From positions 28,997 through 52,996 of the forward strand of contig CAWHVJ010000008.1 of the NCBI GenBank assembly GCA_963832795.1: a stretch of 24,000 nt of DNA, written 5' to 3'. Shown piece by piece: positions 23,274 to 24,000 of this stretch. Source of the stretch: an uncultured bacterium (GTDB lineage Bacteria > Chloroflexota > Dehalococcoidia > Tepidiformales > Tepidiformaceae). The position numbers and the translations under genes are program-made. Position 1 is the first letter of the stretch; the number at the start of each line of letters is the position of its first letter. Under the pieces are notes generated by a model, which searched no databases, was not told the DNA's origin, and was given only the letters and a program-made list of their open reading frames with translations.

Positions 23274-23619
23274 CTAGTCCGCGGCGACTATGTCGACCGA
23301 GATTTCCACCGCCGGGATGGTTCCGCGGTTTTCGAGCCAGTGCATGGTGTTGCGGTCCTCGGGCCAGCCGACGCCGGGGCCGTAGTCCGTCGCGACGCCG
23401 TCGCGGTGGTCGGTGATTGTGCCCTGGAGGATGTAGACGGTGCCCGGCCTGCCTTTGTGGTCGTGCAGCGGACCGAAGACGGCGCCTGGGGCGAAGGTGA
23501 ACATGCGCATGCGAAGCTGGCGGCCTTCCATCCCCGCTATCTCCGGGCCAAGGTCGACGGTCGCAAGTACTTGCGACGTGACGCCCTGTGTCTCGGGCAC
23601 GTACCTCTTCGTTGCTCAT
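23274..23619 (-). CDS. Cupin domain protein (probable +1 frame break just after the start as sequenced)
   Basis: RMRMFTFAPGAVFGPLHDHKGRPGTVYILQGTI..MHWLEN is the cupin motif with HxH. ATG 23619 has AGGAGA 6 nt upstream and reads MSNEEV, then the frame moves +1 near 23600 into PETQGVTSQVLATVDLG... The alternative without a break is GTG 23600 (108 aa). 346 nt minus 1 gives 115 codons. Confidence 0.7.
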
Positions 23620-23632
23620 GGTGCTCTCCTCG

Positions 23633-23670
23633 CTGTTCCCCGTTCCCTGCTCCTGCTCCCTGTTCCCCGG
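23633..23670. repeat. Short tandem repeats, pyrimidine-rich on + strand (GTTCCCC/GTTCCCT/GCTCCT/GCTCCCT/GTTCCCC)
   Basis: CTGTTCCCCGTTCCCTGCTCCTGCTCCCTGTTCCCCGG lies between the CMD stop and the cupin start. The segment 23635-23649 is the exact reverse complement of 23204-23218. Confidence 0.85.
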
Positions 23671-23671
23671 C

Positions 23672-24000
23672 TCAGCCTTCGCGCTTGAACGGCGGGTCCT
23701 GGCCGGGAGCGACCTTCGACTTCGAAGGCGTTGAGGGTCATCGAGACGAGGGTGTAGTAGCCGATCACGGCCATGATCTCCGCGAGGCCGCGTTCGCCCC
23801 ACTGCGCGACGGCCTTGCGGTAGAGCTCGATGGGCAGCCGGTGCTCGGTGTGCATCGTCATGCAGACGTCGTACATGAGGCCGCATTCGGGCGGGTCGGC
23901 GGGCCGCTTGCCGGCGTAGACCTCGTCGACGACCGACTGGGGGATGCCGAACTCGACGGCGCGTGGCGCGTGGGCAGCCCATTCGACGTTTGCTTCCCAG
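23672..24000 (-). CDS. Carboxymuconolactone decarboxylase (CMD/AhpD-like) family protein, 5' end outside window, one +1 frame break near the 3' end as sequenced
   Basis: The minus-strand frame from 23999 reads WEANVEWAAHAPRAVEFGIPQSVVDEVYAGKRP..HRLPIELYRKAVAQWGERGLAEIMAVIGYYTLVSMTLNAFEV. Near 23714 the G/C third-position frame moves +1 to VAPGQDPPFKREG, with stop TGA 23672-23674. The as-sequenced ORF runs to 23616 with an Arg/Ser/Gly-rich tail. Confidence 0.65.

Noticed and set aside
2981-23720. Programmed +1 ribosomal frameshifting or transcriptional slippage as the explanation for the frame breaks.
   Set aside because: There is no shared slippery heptamer, no rare-codon or stop-codon context as in prfB, and no long A/T homopolymers. 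Sixteen sites in unrelated genes, up to five in a single 145-codon gene, is not compatible with known recoding mechanisms.
21940-23982. 680-aa ORF suggesting a giant CoA-transferase with a 270-aa N-terminal extension.
   Set aside because: The extension is wrong-frame read-through across the cupin gene, both repeat arrays and the CMD gene. The family III N-terminus MPALDGIRVLDLT begins at ATG 23163.

Overview
High-GC bacterial chromosomal segment. Hand counts give 66 G+C in bases 1-100, and real coding frames show strongly G/C-biased third codon positions. Gene content (F420-type luciferase-like oxidoreductase, SRPBCC, DUF998/DUF4177, GTG/TTG starts, some starts without a Shine-Dalgarno) suggests an Actinomycetota- or Chloroflexota-like genome, but the taxon cannot be fixed from this window. 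I support 28 protein-coding loci: a translationally coupled AlkP-like / Gfo-Idh-MocA / GT2 trio (1-2917); gpmA; a ClpX-zinc-finger::HTH mini-protein; an O-methyltransferase; DUF998 and DUF4177 proteins; an agmatinase-type ureohydrolase; an 823-aa pseudo-PP2C / TM / repeat protein followed by purM; an S9/DLH-type hydrolase; an atypical SDR; two tiny coupled ORFs; an SRPBCC protein; tsaD; a three-gene lower-GC insert (tandem-HTH LuxR-type regulator plus two secreted proteins); VOC and PaaI proteins; and a six-gene minus-strand metabolic cluster (CMD, cupin, family III CoA-transferase, alpha/beta hydrolase, FMN reductase, LLM oxidoreductase). I recognised no rRNA, tRNA, CRISPR array, transposase or integrase. 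Four items deserve a second look. (1) A 39-nt direct repeat, which is a duplicated tsaD 3' end, brackets the 2.2-kb lower-GC three-gene insert (15875-18166); this looks like an island or insertion scar carrying an uncharacterised secreted-protein pair. (2) Complementary purine-rich and pyrimidine-rich short tandem-repeat arrays, including a perfect 15-bp inverted repeat, bracket the cupin cistron (23204-23670). (3) Sixteen single-nucleotide frame breaks in nine genes are all +1 and never -1, with otherwise intact protein sequence. This is most likely an insertion-type sequence artefact, and it changes how the ORF track must be read. (4) There are unusual domain architectures: ClpX zinc ribbon fused to an HTH, two LuxR-type HTHs in one 122-aa protein, and a pseudo-PP2C/TM/propeller-like protein. 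All functional calls come from motif recognition by eye; no database search was possible.
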